Shown piece after piece: positions 29,102 to 39,194 of a stretch of DNA of 56,477 nucleotides. Position 1 is the stretch's first letter. Each line of letters starts with the position of its first letter. A program made the translations under genes and the position numbers. Source of the DNA: Tabrizicola sp. (lineage in GTDB: Bacteria; Pseudomonadota; Alphaproteobacteria; Rhodobacterales; Rhodobacteraceae); assembly GCA_012032275.1 (NCBI GenBank), contig JAAURK010000001.1, positions 1 through 56,477 of the forward strand, given 5' to 3'. The notes below the pieces were generated by a model. The model searched no databases. It was not told where the DNA came from and was given only the letters and a program-made list of their open reading frames with translations.

Positions 29102-30385
29102 ATGGCGAACAATGGGATGGTTTTCGACTATGACGCCATCGTCGTTGGTGCGGGTGCGGCCGGCATCGCGGCCACAGGGGCGCTTTGTGCGGCGGGCCTC
29201 AAGGTAACTTGTGTCGAAGCGGCCAGCCGCATCGGCGGGCGGGCCCACACTGATACCGCGATCTTTGGCGTGCCCTTCGATACCGGTGCCCATTGGCTGC
29301 ACAACGAACACACGAATGCGCTCAAGGCCCCCGGGCTTGCCCTTGGCCTGAACCTGTATCGCGCCCCGCAGAACGGGGTGACCCATGGGCTGAAGGATGA
29401 CAGCGTCCTCTGGGATGAATTCGACCGGCTTTACGACGCCATAAGACAGGCCGCCAAGGCCGACGCCGACACCGACACCGAGCATACGACCGGCAGACCA
29501 ACCGACCGAGCGCTGAGCGATCTGGTTTTGCCAACGACCCCCTGGTCCTACACGGCCGTGTCGATGTTGGCCCTGTCGATCGCGCGCGATCTGCCCGACA
29601 CCTCGCTGCGCGACATTGCAACATGGGAAGGCGGCGATGACTTTTTCTGTCGCGAGGGGTTCGGTCATCTGGTTGCGCGGACAGCCGAGGGGCTGGCGAT
29701 CAGGCTTTCCACACCCGTGACCGGGATCGAATGCCTCCCCTCGGGCGTGCGGGTCAAGACAGGCGCTGGCGAGATCACCGCGCGCGCGGTCATCGTCACA
29801 GCCTCGGTCGGTGTCCTGGCGGAAGACGTGATACGTTTCGACCCGCCGCTGGAGGCAGACCGGCGCGCGGCCTTCGAGTTGGTCACGATGGGCGATTATA
29901 ACCATGTGGCCTTGTTGTTCCGCCCCGGCGCGGTGCCCGTGCCGCCGGACACATGGCTTACCTACCAGCTTCAGCCGGACGACATGGGCATCGCGCGCGG
30001 GGGCGGGTTTCTGTGCAACATCTCGGGCACGAACCTGACCTGCTTTGAGACATCGGGCAGCTTTTCCCGTGCCCTACAGGCGGCCGGGCCCGACACCGCA
30101 ATCGACCATGGGATCGAGACGCTGTCGGGCATCTTCGGGTCGGCCATCCGGCGGGACTTCCTGAAAGGCCATGCGACCGCCTGGCGACATGAGCCTTTTG
30201 TGCGCGGCTCCTATGCAGGGGCGATGCCGGGCGGCCACAGCCAGCGCAAGGTGCTGGGGCGTGCCCATGCCGAAAGGATTCATTTCGCGGGCGAGGCAAG
30301 CCACGTCGGCCAGCAATGCTCGGTCAGCGGGGCCCATCTTGAAGGGCTGCGCGCGGCAAGGGACGTGATTGCCCGGTTGCGCTGA
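29102..30385 (+). CDS. Flavin-containing amine oxidase family protein
   Basis: DAIVVGAGAAGIAA...VEAASRIGGR FAD fold, with C-terminal FAGEA. Confidence 0.8.
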   Translation: MANNGMVFDYDAIVVGAGAAGIAATGALCAAGLKVTCVEAASRIGGRAHTDTAIFGVPFDTGAHWLHNEHTNALKAPGLALGLNLYRAPQNGVTHGLKDDSVLWDEFDRLYDAIRQAAKADADTDTEHTTGRPTDRALSDLVLPTTPWSYTAVSMLALSIARDLPDTSLRDIATWEGGDDFFCREGFGHLVARTAEGLAIRLSTPVTGIECLPSGVRVKTGAGEITARAVIVTASVGVLAEDVIRFDPPLEADRRAAFELVTMGDYNHVALLFRPGAVPVPPDTWLTYQLQPDDMGIARGGGFLCNISGTNLTCFETSGSFSRALQAAGPDTAIDHGIETLSGIFGSAIRRDFLKGHATAWRHEPFVRGSYAGAMPGGHSQRKVLGRAHAERIHFAGEASHVGQQCSVSGAHLEGLRAARDVIARLR

Positions 30386-30436
30386 AGTTCGCCACATAGG
30401 GAAAGACACCCACTGACGGCTTCGAGCTCCAGACCG

Positions 30437-30799
30437 TCAGTGCCGAAATGCGCGGCTCGATACCTGAATGGAGTTCCTGGACGGATCTTTGGCATTTGCA
30501 AACTCATACCCGTCCGCCTTGTGGATCTTGCCAAAATCAAGTCCGTTGGCCCTCGCAGTTTCGCAAAAGGCCGATACATCCTCAACGTCGAACACTAGCT
30601 TTACCAAAACCTGCCCTTCTTTCTGATTTGCCGATGCCGGGTGCAAAAGCAGTGCCATTCCCGAGTTTTGCGCGCTCAACTCGACCACGCGGTCGTGGTC
30701 GGCTCGCAACACCGAAAAGCCGAAGTGCTTGGCGTAAAAGTCCGCCATCTCATCGATCCTGCTCGTGTAGATCACCAATCGCCCGAGTGGTGCGGCCAT
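30437..30799 (-). CDS. VOC/glyoxalase family protein
   Basis: Start MAAPLGRLVIYTSRIDEMADFYAKHFGF. Confidence 0.7.
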   Translation of the reverse strand: MAAPLGRLVIYTSRIDEMADFYAKHFGFSVLRADHDRVVELSAQNSGMALLLHPASANQKEGQVLVKLVFDVEDVSAFCETARANGLDFGKIHKADGYEFANAKDPSRNSIQVSSRAFRH

Positions 30800-30941
30800 C
30801 TTTGCGCCTTCGACAAGCTTCGATTGAGGAGACCTTAGCACGGCACGTTTGGCGACGGCAGCTTTGTCCGCATTGCATCGCCACGCCTCCGGCCGGGAAA
30901 CTGCGTGTCAGGTGGCGAACATCGGGCTGGATGAGGCCAAG

Positions 30942-31442
30942 TCATCCCTGCAAATCTGGCGGCACATCGACGGAAGCAAGCCAGGGTTTGATGTCCAGAA
31001 CGGGCGTGCCGTCGAAGGCATCGATCGCGTCGATCTGCAGAACGCCGGACGCCGGGTCCACCGACAGCAAACGCACCACGGCCAAGGCGACAGGGTTCGG
31101 CCGGGCGGGCGAGCGGAGGGCAAAGGTTCCGGTAGGGCAATCACGATGGGCAGGTGCCTGTACGATCAGATCCCGTCGGGCGCCGCTCATCCAGTAAAGC
31201 AGCACGACCGGATCGCCCACAGACAAACCGAGCATGCCTTCACGGTAGGCTGGCGCGATTTCGACGGCGAAGGGCCCGCCCCGCGCCCGTGCTTCGCGCA
31301 GGTTCTTGGGGCAGTTGCCGTTCGACCAGGGCGAGCGGATCTGCCCGATGATGGCAAGGCCCATGCCGTCAGACAGGACGAATCCGGTCTTCAGGGTCCG
31401 CTCTCCCGGGCGCAGGTCTGAAGGGTCGTTTGCGATCGTCAC
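30942..31442 (-). CDS. TsaA/TrmO-like (UPF0066) SAM-dependent methyltransferase domain protein
   Basis: IGQIRSPW..., RPNPVALAVVRLLSVD, GTPVLDIKPW. ATGA overlap with the CopCD stop. Confidence 0.7.
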   Translation of the reverse strand: MTIANDPSDLRPGERTLKTGFVLSDGMGLAIIGQIRSPWSNGNCPKNLREARARGGPFAVEIAPAYREGMLGLSVGDPVVLLYWMSGARRDLIVQAPAHRDCPTGTFALRSPARPNPVALAVVRLLSVDPASGVLQIDAIDAFDGTPVLDIKPWLASVDVPPDLQG

Positions 31443-33010
31443 GGTTGGCCCATCCCTATTGTCGCCAAGGTTCCTGTCAGTGTGACCTGTTCGAAATCGC
31501 TGATGAGAAGCATCAGTCTGACCTCCCAGGGGCCCGGGCTTGGCAGCGTCACGGGTGCGGTCGACCAGACGCCTGTTTCGTCACGCTTGGCCTGAACGGT
31601 CAGCGGGCCGATGCCGGCAACCGGGTCGGTCAGGTCAAGGCGCACCTCTTGCGGATCAAACGGGACGAAATCAGCATCGGCCAGCATGAGGCTTACCGAC
31701 ACAGCGCCGGGGGGCGTGGCAGACAAGGCCACATCCGCCATCGCCTTGGTGGTGTGGATGTGAACGCTTGGCGGATCGGCAAGCGGGGTTGTCGGAGGGG
31801 GTGCCAGACGAAACCCCATCGCCAGACAGAGGACAACCAGCCCAAGTGCCGCCTCAAGCCCGATCGTTCGGGCCACGGGTGCGGCCTGCCCCCGCTCAAG
31901 CTGCGGCACCGCACGGGCGCGGTGCCAGAGGGCCAGCGCCAGCATGGCGGCCACAAGGGCAAGCTTGACGCCCAGAAGTCGCGCCCATGGCGTGGCCAAT
32001 GTCTCGACGGCCAGCGGGCGCATCAGGATCAACCCTGCACCCGACCCGACCAGCACAAGCACCGCAGCCACGGCCGGGCGCGAGAAACGCCGTAGGAACT
32101 TTGCCCGGCCTGCTGGCGGCAATGGGATCATCGCTGCGGCCAATGGCAACAGCGACCCCACCCAGAACAGCAGGGCCGCGCCATGCAGAAAGGTCAGCGG
32201 CAGGGCGGTCCAGGATGGCGCGGACAGGGCATGGCCCGACAGGGTGAAGGACAAGGCCGCCAGCGCCCATGCAGAAAATGCGGCCAGCCGCCACTGCATG
32301 AGCAGCGCGCCAAGCGCCAGTGCAGCGGCCACCATCGCCAAGGCCACGGTGCGGGCAACGGGTGAGGCCAGCGCCTGCCCCCAGACATCGTCTTGGAAGA
32401 ATGCTCCAAAGGGCAGCCCCAGCCGGTCCAGCCCTTCGGCCCCCAGCCAGAGCACCCCCAACGGCATCACCAACACGGCAAGCGGTGTGGCCAGACGTGC
32501 GACGCCCGGCGGGACCGGCGCGAACAGGGTCTGAAACACCGCCGCACCCACCGAAAGGACCAGGGCCGCCACCATCGCCGCGCGAAAGGCCACAGTGGCC
32601 GAGGCAGTTGCGCTCCCCTCGGCACCGGGCGAGGCAGAGCCCGTCACCTCGCCGACCGAAAACACGAGCGCACCGCCAACGGGGTGGCCGTCGGCCGATG
32701 CCACGCGCCACTGCAAGACATAAGTGCCACGGCCGGCGTCAGGTGGCGGTTGGACCGTCAAGGTCGTGGCCCCTGCCGCACCGACCGCCGCCACTTCTCG
32801 CCCGCCTGGCAGGTGCCAGGTCAGGGCCAGCACGCCGACTTGTTCCGAGAATTCAAGGCTGATGACAGCCGGCACCCCATCAAGCAGGCTGTCTTGCGCA
32901 GGGACGCTGCCACGAAACTCGGCATGGGCATTGGCCATGGAAGCCCACAGCAGAGACAAAAGCCCCAGAAGGACGGCGAAGGCCATGCCTGCAATGCTGG
33001 TGGATTTCAT
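31439..33010 (-). CDS. CopC-CopD fusion protein (YcnJ-like copper transporter)
   Basis: Signal peptide, then HAEFRGSVP (CopC His1). Followed by ~8 TM helices (CopD) and a C-terminal soluble domain. Confidence 0.8.
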   Translation of the reverse strand: MKSTSIAGMAFAVLLGLLSLLWASMANAHAEFRGSVPAQDSLLDGVPAVISLEFSEQVGVLALTWHLPGGREVAAVGAAGATTLTVQPPPDAGRGTYVLQWRVASADGHPVGGALVFSVGEVTGSASPGAEGSATASATVAFRAAMVAALVLSVGAAVFQTLFAPVPPGVARLATPLAVLVMPLGVLWLGAEGLDRLGLPFGAFFQDDVWGQALASPVARTVALAMVAAALALGALLMQWRLAAFSAWALAALSFTLSGHALSAPSWTALPLTFLHGAALLFWVGSLLPLAAAMIPLPPAGRAKFLRRFSRPAVAAVLVLVGSGAGLILMRPLAVETLATPWARLLGVKLALVAAMLALALWHRARAVPQLERGQAAPVARTIGLEAALGLVVLCLAMGFRLAPPPTTPLADPPSVHIHTTKAMADVALSATPPGAVSVSLMLADADFVPFDPQEVRLDLTDPVAGIGPLTVQAKRDETGVWSTAPVTLPSPGPWEVRLMLLISDFEQVTLTGTLATIGMGQP

Positions 33011-33158
33011 CCGAGACTTCCCTAGACTACGAAAAGGGCCCCCGCCGGGCAAAAGACCCGGACGGGGGCAGTCGTGCCCCAGGCCCCACGGGTATGAAGG
33101 GCCAAGGCACGGCCTTGCAGGTTACGGGACGCCTCCCCCCTGCAAGGTCGTGTTCGGT

Positions 33159-34576
33159 TCAGCTGAGCGCGCGCTTCAAGGGCGGCACAGCTGACAGGAC
33201 CAGAAGGTCAAGCACGATCACGGCCAGCAGCGTCAGGCCCAGCATCGGAAAGGCCAGCGACATGGCAAGCGTGATGAGAAGCGCACCCTTGGCATAAGGA
33301 ATGTCCTCGGGCCGTGGCGGTGCCCCAAGACGCGTTCCAGAGGGGCGGCGTTTCACCCACATCACCACGCCCGAGACTGACACCAGCATCAGTGACAGGC
33401 AAAAGAGCGTGTTCAGCGCCAGGTTCCACGCCCCAAGGTCGCCCTCGTGGAACGCGATCCCCCAGGCCATGGCCTTGGCATAGACCGAGTAATCGGCATA
33501 GCGCACATCCGCCAGCACATTGCCGGTGAACTGGTCAATGTGGATCGTGCGGTCTGCCGATGGGCTTGGCCCGTCGTTCGACATGCTGTCATGGCTGATG
33601 GTCCAGACGCCCGTGTCATCGCCCGGCAAGTTCAACTGATAGCGCCGGTCAAAGCCCAGGGTTCCGGCAAAGGCCGTCACGCTGTCGATGGTCACCGGCC
33701 CGGTGACTGCCGCCGTTCCCGCCAGCGAACCAGACTCCGGCATTGGCGTCTGTTCCAGCGTCCAGGGCACTTCTTTCGCAGCGCCGTGGTTCATCTCGGC
33801 ATGGGTGGCATCCGACAGGGGCACTGCATCCCATTTTTCTGCCGGAAAGGTGTTCCAGGCCTGCACGAACTTGGCCCCCCAGAGGCCCGCCCAACTGAGG
33901 CCCGAGATCAGGAAGATCACCAGCACCACGCTGACCCACATCCCTACCGCGCCGTGCAAGGATTTCCAGAAAGCGCGGCCTTTCGCGCCCGCCTGCAACG
34001 TCAGGCTTTTTCCCCAGGTCGCCCCGTTGCGGGGCCAGTGCAGGTAGATGCCCGTTACGGTCAGCAGCAGCGCCAGACTTGCCGCCGCCTCGATCAGCCA
34101 GTCGCCGGTGTTGCCGATCAGGAGGGTGCCGTGGATGTCGGTGGCAAAGTCGTACCAACTGCGCGCCAGGGGAAGGTCTCGACCACCTCAGCCGTGTAGG
34201 GGTTGATGGTCACGCCGGTCGTGTCCTCGCCGACCTTCACGGCAAAGGCTGCGACCCGGCCCTCGCCCATCGGCGAGATGTATTGCGTGGCCACCCCGCC
34301 CGGCACGGCGGCTTCGGCGGCGGCCTGCAACTGGCTGACGGGCAGAAGGGTTTCGCCGACCGTGACATAGGCCCGCTCGCCGTTCAGCTCGGTGACGGAA
34401 CTGACCCACAGCATGATGAGGCCGGTGATCGCCAGCATCAGCAGGAAGGGGATGACGTAAAGCCCGGCGTAGAAGTGCCAACGCCAGGCTGCGAAATACA
34501 GGCGGTTGACAGCGCGCGGGGCGCGGTCTTCGGCCAGTTCGGGGTCTGCGACAAGGGTCATCTGATCGGTCCTCAA
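33159..34576 (-). CDS. PepSY-domain/PepSY-TM membrane protein (PiuB-like), frame broken near 34158-34166
   Basis: ORF 34118..34576 ends ...ETFPWRA. Restoring one base gives SWYDFATDIHGTLLIGNTGDWLIEAAASLALLL..., which runs into ORF 33159..33998. Confidence 0.75.
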
Positions 34577-35094
34577 TGCGAATGGCCGGGTTCAACGATC
34601 TTTACGCCCGGGGCCGGGCCTTCCAGATCATGCGGGTCCTGTCCTTCGGCAGGGATTTCGATCCAGCGTTCGGCGCCGTTCGCACATTCCTGAACAGTCG
34701 GGAAATAGACCATCGAGCCGACGGCGAAGGCATCGGTCATCCGGGCGCTGAAGACGAATTCGTCATAGTGCTCGTCCAGAAGCTCACCCGTCCAGACGAT
34801 CTCCTTGACGCCTTCGGTCAGCTTCGATCCGAAATAGTCGTATTCCTTTTCATAAGCGCCCTTCACCGTTTCCAGCGTCCAGCCCGCCTTGGGCATCGGC
34901 TTGACCGCGATCACGCCTTCGGGGATCTGGATGCGCACCTTCAGCGTGGCTTCGCCGTTGCAACCGTGCGGCACGCGAAGAACAGCCTTGTAGCCCGCCC
35001 CCTGCTGCGCCTCGCCCTTCTCGAAGGTGGCATGGGCAAAGGCCCCGGTTGCGGCCATGGCCAGCACGGCGGCAGCGATCAGAGAGTGTTTCAT
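34573..35094 (-). CDS. ycnI: YcnI/DUF1775 copper-binding protein
   Basis: Signal peptide, then a mature N-terminal HATFE. 173 aa. Stop overlaps the PepSY start. Confidence 0.8.
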   Translation of the reverse strand: MKHSLIAAAVLAMAATGAFAHATFEKGEAQQGAGYKAVLRVPHGCNGEATLKVRIQIPEGVIAVKPMPKAGWTLETVKGAYEKEYDYFGSKLTEGVKEIVWTGELLDEHYDEFVFSARMTDAFAVGSMVYFPTVQECANGAERWIEIPAEGQDPHDLEGPAPGVKIVEPGHSH

Positions 35095-35118
35095 TGTGGT
35101 TCCCTTCCTTTTGGTTCT

Positions 35119-36225
35119 TCAGGGCATCTGTCGTGTTGCACTGGCCGGGTGCCCTTCCGGCCAGGGGTCCGAAAGCGTGGTGTCAGAGAGAAACTCTTCA
35201 TCCGTCAGGCTTTGCAGAAAGGCGATCAGGTCGGCGATCTCGGCTTCGCTGGCGCGAAAACCCTGAATCATGCCGTCCTTCATCGGGTGATCGGCACGGC
35301 CTGCGCTGGCGTAATGCGCGATCACGCCGCGCAGGTCGGGGATCGACCCGTCGTGCATGTAGGGTGCTGTCACCGCCACATTGCGCAAGCTGGGCGTCCG
35401 GAAGCGGCCCGCATCCTGTGGCCGCCCGGTGATCCCGATCAGCCCCGGCGCGCTGGCCGGGTAATCCGCATAAAGCCCGGTGTTGTGATAGCCGGCCTCG
35501 CCCTCGGCCATCAGCGAGGTCTGGATCGTGTCGGTGAAATGCACGCCGGAATGGCAGTGATAGCATTCGAACCTGTGGTCGAAGAACAACTGCTCGCCGC
35601 GCTTGGCGGCATCCGTCAGGGCGTGCTTGTCACCCAGCCGCTTGAAGCGGTCATAGGGCGAGCCGACCGAGATCAGGCTGCGCTGGAACGCCGCCAAAGC
35701 GCGTGTCACCGTGAAGAGGTCGGGCAAAGGCCGGTCGGGGAAGGCCGCCGGAAAGGCGCTGGCATAGTAGGGATCGGTGGCAAGCGTGGCGAAGATCGTG
35801 TTTTCCTGCCCCACGCTGCCCATCTCGTCAGGGTTCTCACCGAACATCGGGATCAGTGCCTGAAACTCCAGACTGTCCATATGCGGGTTGGCCCAGGTCA
35901 GGACCGGCAGGTAGCCCACATTGGCCAGACTTGGGGCGTTCTTCGCCCCCAGCGTGCCGTTGATGCCCACCGCGACCGCACGCCCATCGGTGAAGGCAAG
36001 GTCCTGCGCATGGCACGAGGCACAGGCGACCGTGCCATCTCGCGACAGGCGCGCGTCATAGAAAAGATGGCGACCAAGCTCTACCTTCTCCACCGACATC
36101 GGGTTGTCGGCAGGCACGGGCGGCGGTGGCATCCAGTCGGGCAGCGGCCAGACGTAACCGGCATCAAGGGCAAAGGCCGCCCCGGCCAGCAGGCAGGCCG
36201 CCGCCACGATCAGGGGGCGGCGCAT
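35119..36225 (-). CDS. mbnH: MbnH/MauG-like di-haem cytochrome c peroxidase
   Basis: Two CxxCH sites (CASCH, CYHCH) and a signal peptide. Immediately downstream of an MbnP-like gene. Confidence 0.75.
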   Translation of the reverse strand: MRRPLIVAAACLLAGAAFALDAGYVWPLPDWMPPPPVPADNPMSVEKVELGRHLFYDARLSRDGTVACASCHAQDLAFTDGRAVAVGINGTLGAKNAPSLANVGYLPVLTWANPHMDSLEFQALIPMFGENPDEMGSVGQENTIFATLATDPYYASAFPAAFPDRPLPDLFTVTRALAAFQRSLISVGSPYDRFKRLGDKHALTDAAKRGEQLFFDHRFECYHCHSGVHFTDTIQTSLMAEGEAGYHNTGLYADYPASAPGLIGITGRPQDAGRFRTPSLRNVAVTAPYMHDGSIPDLRGVIAHYASAGRADHPMKDGMIQGFRASEAEIADLIAFLQSLTDEEFLSDTTLSDPWPEGHPASATRQMP

Positions 36226-36243
36226 TGCGTCAGCGCATCGAGA

Positions 36244-37104
36244 TCAGGGACTGCGTGCCCGCGGCACATCCATGTAAGGCAGGCCCAGCTTGCCCATCAC
36301 GGTCATGCAATCGGCATCCTTGGGAAAGGACATGCAGCCGGGCGAGGTTTCGGGGGCGTTCACCGTCAGGTCCGCCTCGGCCAGCACCGGCGCGGGATCG
36401 ATGACGACCGTATTCGCGCTTGGGTCGAACCCCTCCAGCCGGATCGCCATGCGGTTCTCGTTGGCGCAGGCCGTCGGCGCCTCGGTCTTCGACGCCGCAT
36501 CGCACATGGTGGACCCAAGATGCAGGAACCAGCCCTTGGCCATGCCGTGGCCCCCGCCCGCCTCGGCCCCTGCCTCGGCGGTCATGCCCATCATCGCGGT
36601 CGGCAGCAGGTCGATGCGGACAAACTTGTAGCCGTTCTGCCAGTTCCAGAACATCGCCGTGATGTTCAGGGGCGAGGGCAGAAGGGTCGGGTCGCCATGG
36701 TTCTGCGCAAAGGGCACACCGATGGTGAAGACAAGCCCGGTGTAGTCACCTTCCGGCACCGTGCCGCGCAAGGTGGAGTTGGTGCCCGCCGTGCCATTGG
36801 CACAGTTGCCGCTGGCATCCTCGAAGTCCAGCAGGGCCAGACCGTCAAGCTGCCACTGCCCATCCTGCTCCAGCGCGATCGGCTGCAGGCTGCCGTCGGC
36901 CTTCACCATTGCGGCCTCGGACACGAACAGGCGAAAGTCCACCGCCTGCGCCTCGGCGGCTGTACTGCCAAGACCGGCGAAGGTCTCGGAGCAAGAAAAC
37001 GGCTTGCCGCCGATTTCGGCCGCGAAGGGGATGGTCACGGAGATGTCGGCCTGCGTGGGTGTGGCGACAATGGCGGCAAGGGCCGCGAATGCGAAACGGG
37101 ACAT
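36244..37104 (-). CDS. mbnP: MbnP-like copper-binding protein (metallo-mystery pair partner)
   Basis: 286 aa, secreted, with conserved Cys pairs and an NITAMFWNWQNGYKF segment. Pairing with MbnH is the main argument. Confidence 0.65.
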   Translation of the reverse strand: MSRFAFAALAAIVATPTQADISVTIPFAAEIGGKPFSCSETFAGLGSTAAEAQAVDFRLFVSEAAMVKADGSLQPIALEQDGQWQLDGLALLDFEDASGNCANGTAGTNSTLRGTVPEGDYTGLVFTIGVPFAQNHGDPTLLPSPLNITAMFWNWQNGYKFVRIDLLPTAMMGMTAEAGAEAGGGHGMAKGWFLHLGSTMCDAASKTEAPTACANENRMAIRLEGFDPSANTVVIDPAPVLAEADLTVNAPETSPGCMSFPKDADCMTVMGKLGLPYMDVPRARSP

Positions 37105-37169
37105 GTGATTTGCCTCTGGGCTGTGGCGCGGTCAGGCGCCCGGGTTGATCGGATTCAGGAGAAACGCGA

Positions 37170-37530
37170 TCAGGCCAGAGGGGGGGCACGCATCCCGCGC
37201 GCAGGGTCAAGCACCATGCGAAGGCACGGCTTTCACGGGGGGCTATGACCTTGGCAACAAAGACAAGGTCCGCATCATGGAAGGTCAGGCCTGCATCTGG
37301 CAGGTGCGCCGAGGCGATGATGTGACAGGCCGGGCAGTCCCCGTGGTCAGGCAGACCGTCGCCATCTGCATCAGCGCACAGGTCTGCCAGATCGCCCCCG
37401 GCCAGGACATAAGACTGCAGGGCAGCGTCCTGAGCCGTGGGAATGCGATGTGCGAACCCTGTCGCCACAAGGGCAAGGGTCACTACGGTCAAGAGTACCG
37501 CGTGTCGAGGTGCACAAGCGCTTTTTGCAT
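37170..37530 (-). CDS. DUF2946-like small secreted protein with a CPACH motif (boundaries inferred)
   Basis: The as-given ORF 36845..37492 overruns mbnP. Adding one base to the C7/G7 run (37180-37186) gives ...GCVPPPLA* at 37170. Adding one base to the T5 run (37522-37526) gives an ATG start with MQKSACAPRHAVLLTVVTLALVATGFA. Confidence 0.4.
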
Positions 37531-37688
37531 CACATAGCTTTCATCGCCCAACTCATGCGCAATTCAACAGTGGTTCTTTGTCGCGCGGGTTTGCCGGTAC
37601 CGGCTTGCCGACACCATGAAACCAGTTTCTGAATTCGCAGTATCGGTTTGCCATGCAGCAGACCAGTCTGGGTCGCCTCTAGATGAAC

Positions 37689-38693
37689 CTATGATACGCG
37701 CCACAGCCGATAGCGCCCCTGCCCTGTCACCTCGCGGATCAAACCTCGCTCTTCCATCCACGCGATGTTGCGCTGGACCGCAGCACGACTTGCGTTGGTC
37801 ATGGATTCCGCCATCGGCGCAGAGACAAGGGGCCATTCGGTCAGCACGGCGCGCAACGCGCGCGGGGTCTTGCCCGAAAGCGAAACCATTGCGGCTTCGG
37901 CACGTCCGGACCATGCCTCGATATCATCCAGATGTCGCATCGCGGCCCGGGAAGCGGTTTCCGTCCCCTCGAGCCAACACGCCAGTCGGTCAAACGGTGC
38001 GCCGCCGGCGCGCAGCCCCGCCGAAACACTCTGGGCCCCACCCATGGCCAGAGGTGCAAAAACTGCGCCCTTGCCCTCACTGGCCGCGATGCGCGCGGCC
38101 GTGACAGCCGCTTCCATCCGGTCGCCGAGTTGCCCAAGCCCGGCAAGGCTCCAGAGATGAAAGCCCATGCAGGCGCGGGTGATCGGATGCAGATCGGCGG
38201 CTTTTATCACCAGCTCCAGCCAACCGCCTGCACGGTCCGCGAAGGGCTCGGCTTCAACGCCAAGGTTTGTGGGGTCACGGCGGTCCAGAAAGCCGGCAAG
38301 GTCCACTTCCGGACCTGGCCCGCCCGTCAGACGCCTCACTGCCCACCCAGCGCGCGCCAACGCCCCTGTGTCGTCCTGAACGCCCGACTGCCGCATCGAA
38401 ATCCAGAGCGCCAACCGATCTGGACCGACGCGGTCCCCGACGAACCAGCTCAGGTCGGCCGCTTCGATCAGGGCGAGCCTGTGACGCCAACCCTCGGGCC
38501 CACGCCGCAACCGCTCATCCAGTGCACCAAGCCGACCCGCGACACGGGCGAGCCGTGCGGCATGGACCGCCTCGGCCTTCCGCCAGTCGTCGAGAACTGC
38601 CGTCTCACGCGGTTCCGCCCCTGGCCCGGGCGGCAGATCGACGGGCTCCGCCTCGATCGGACCAGACAGGAACCATTGTCGCTTTTCCTTCAC
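37689..38693 (-). CDS. DUF1612/HTH-domain protein (RHE_PE00001-like, plasmid/transposon associated)
   Basis: 334 aa with a C-terminal wHTH (ASRAAVQRNIAWMEERGLIREVTGQGRYRLW). The family call is from memory. Confidence 0.5.
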   Translation of the reverse strand: MKEKRQWFLSGPIEAEPVDLPPGPGAEPRETAVLDDWRKAEAVHAARLARVAGRLGALDERLRRGPEGWRHRLALIEAADLSWFVGDRVGPDRLALWISMRQSGVQDDTGALARAGWAVRRLTGGPGPEVDLAGFLDRRDPTNLGVEAEPFADRAGGWLELVIKAADLHPITRACMGFHLWSLAGLGQLGDRMEAAVTAARIAASEGKGAVFAPLAMGGAQSVSAGLRAGGAPFDRLACWLEGTETASRAAMRHLDDIEAWSGRAEAAMVSLSGKTPRALRAVLTEWPLVSAPMAESMTNASRAAVQRNIAWMEERGLIREVTGQGRYRLWRVS

Positions 38694-39194
38694 GATTTCA
38701 TTGCGTGGTTTTCACATGATTTCCGCAAGGTAGCGCGGGAAGCGGCGCGGGTTTCGGTTTTGCGATTTCAATTTCGTTTGGGACTGCAATAGGGTTCGAA
38801 AAGCACGGTGGCATGACAACGCTCAGCAAGGATCGGCCCCGTGAGCGGGCAGCTTACCGTGCTTCAGACGAGGCTTGGTCGAGGGCGGTTCGGATCGCTC
38901 GCGAACTTGACCGGGTTCTCGACGGCGACTTGCCCATGCGGGAGGCTGTCAGCCGGGCAGCGGTGGAACTGCGCTTGTCGACCCGTCAGGTCTACAATCA
39001 CCTCGCCCGGTATCGAGAGGACCGTCGTGTCTCGTCGCTTCTTCCTCGGACGAACGGCGGGCGGCGGGCGAGGATATCGGCCGGCGTGGAAGCCATCATT
39101 GCCGACACCTTGCGGGAGATGTGGCTGCAGCCAGAACAACCTGATCTTGCGCCTATCGTTGACGAAGTCCGCGCGCGCTGTGCCAGTGAAGGTT

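Noticed and set aside
34576-37248. 890-aa plus-strand ORF, the longest in the track
   Set aside because: It is antisense to ycnI, mbnH and mbnP, all of which have clear motifs (CxxCH twice, signal peptides). The product is a featureless Arg/Gly-rich sequence.
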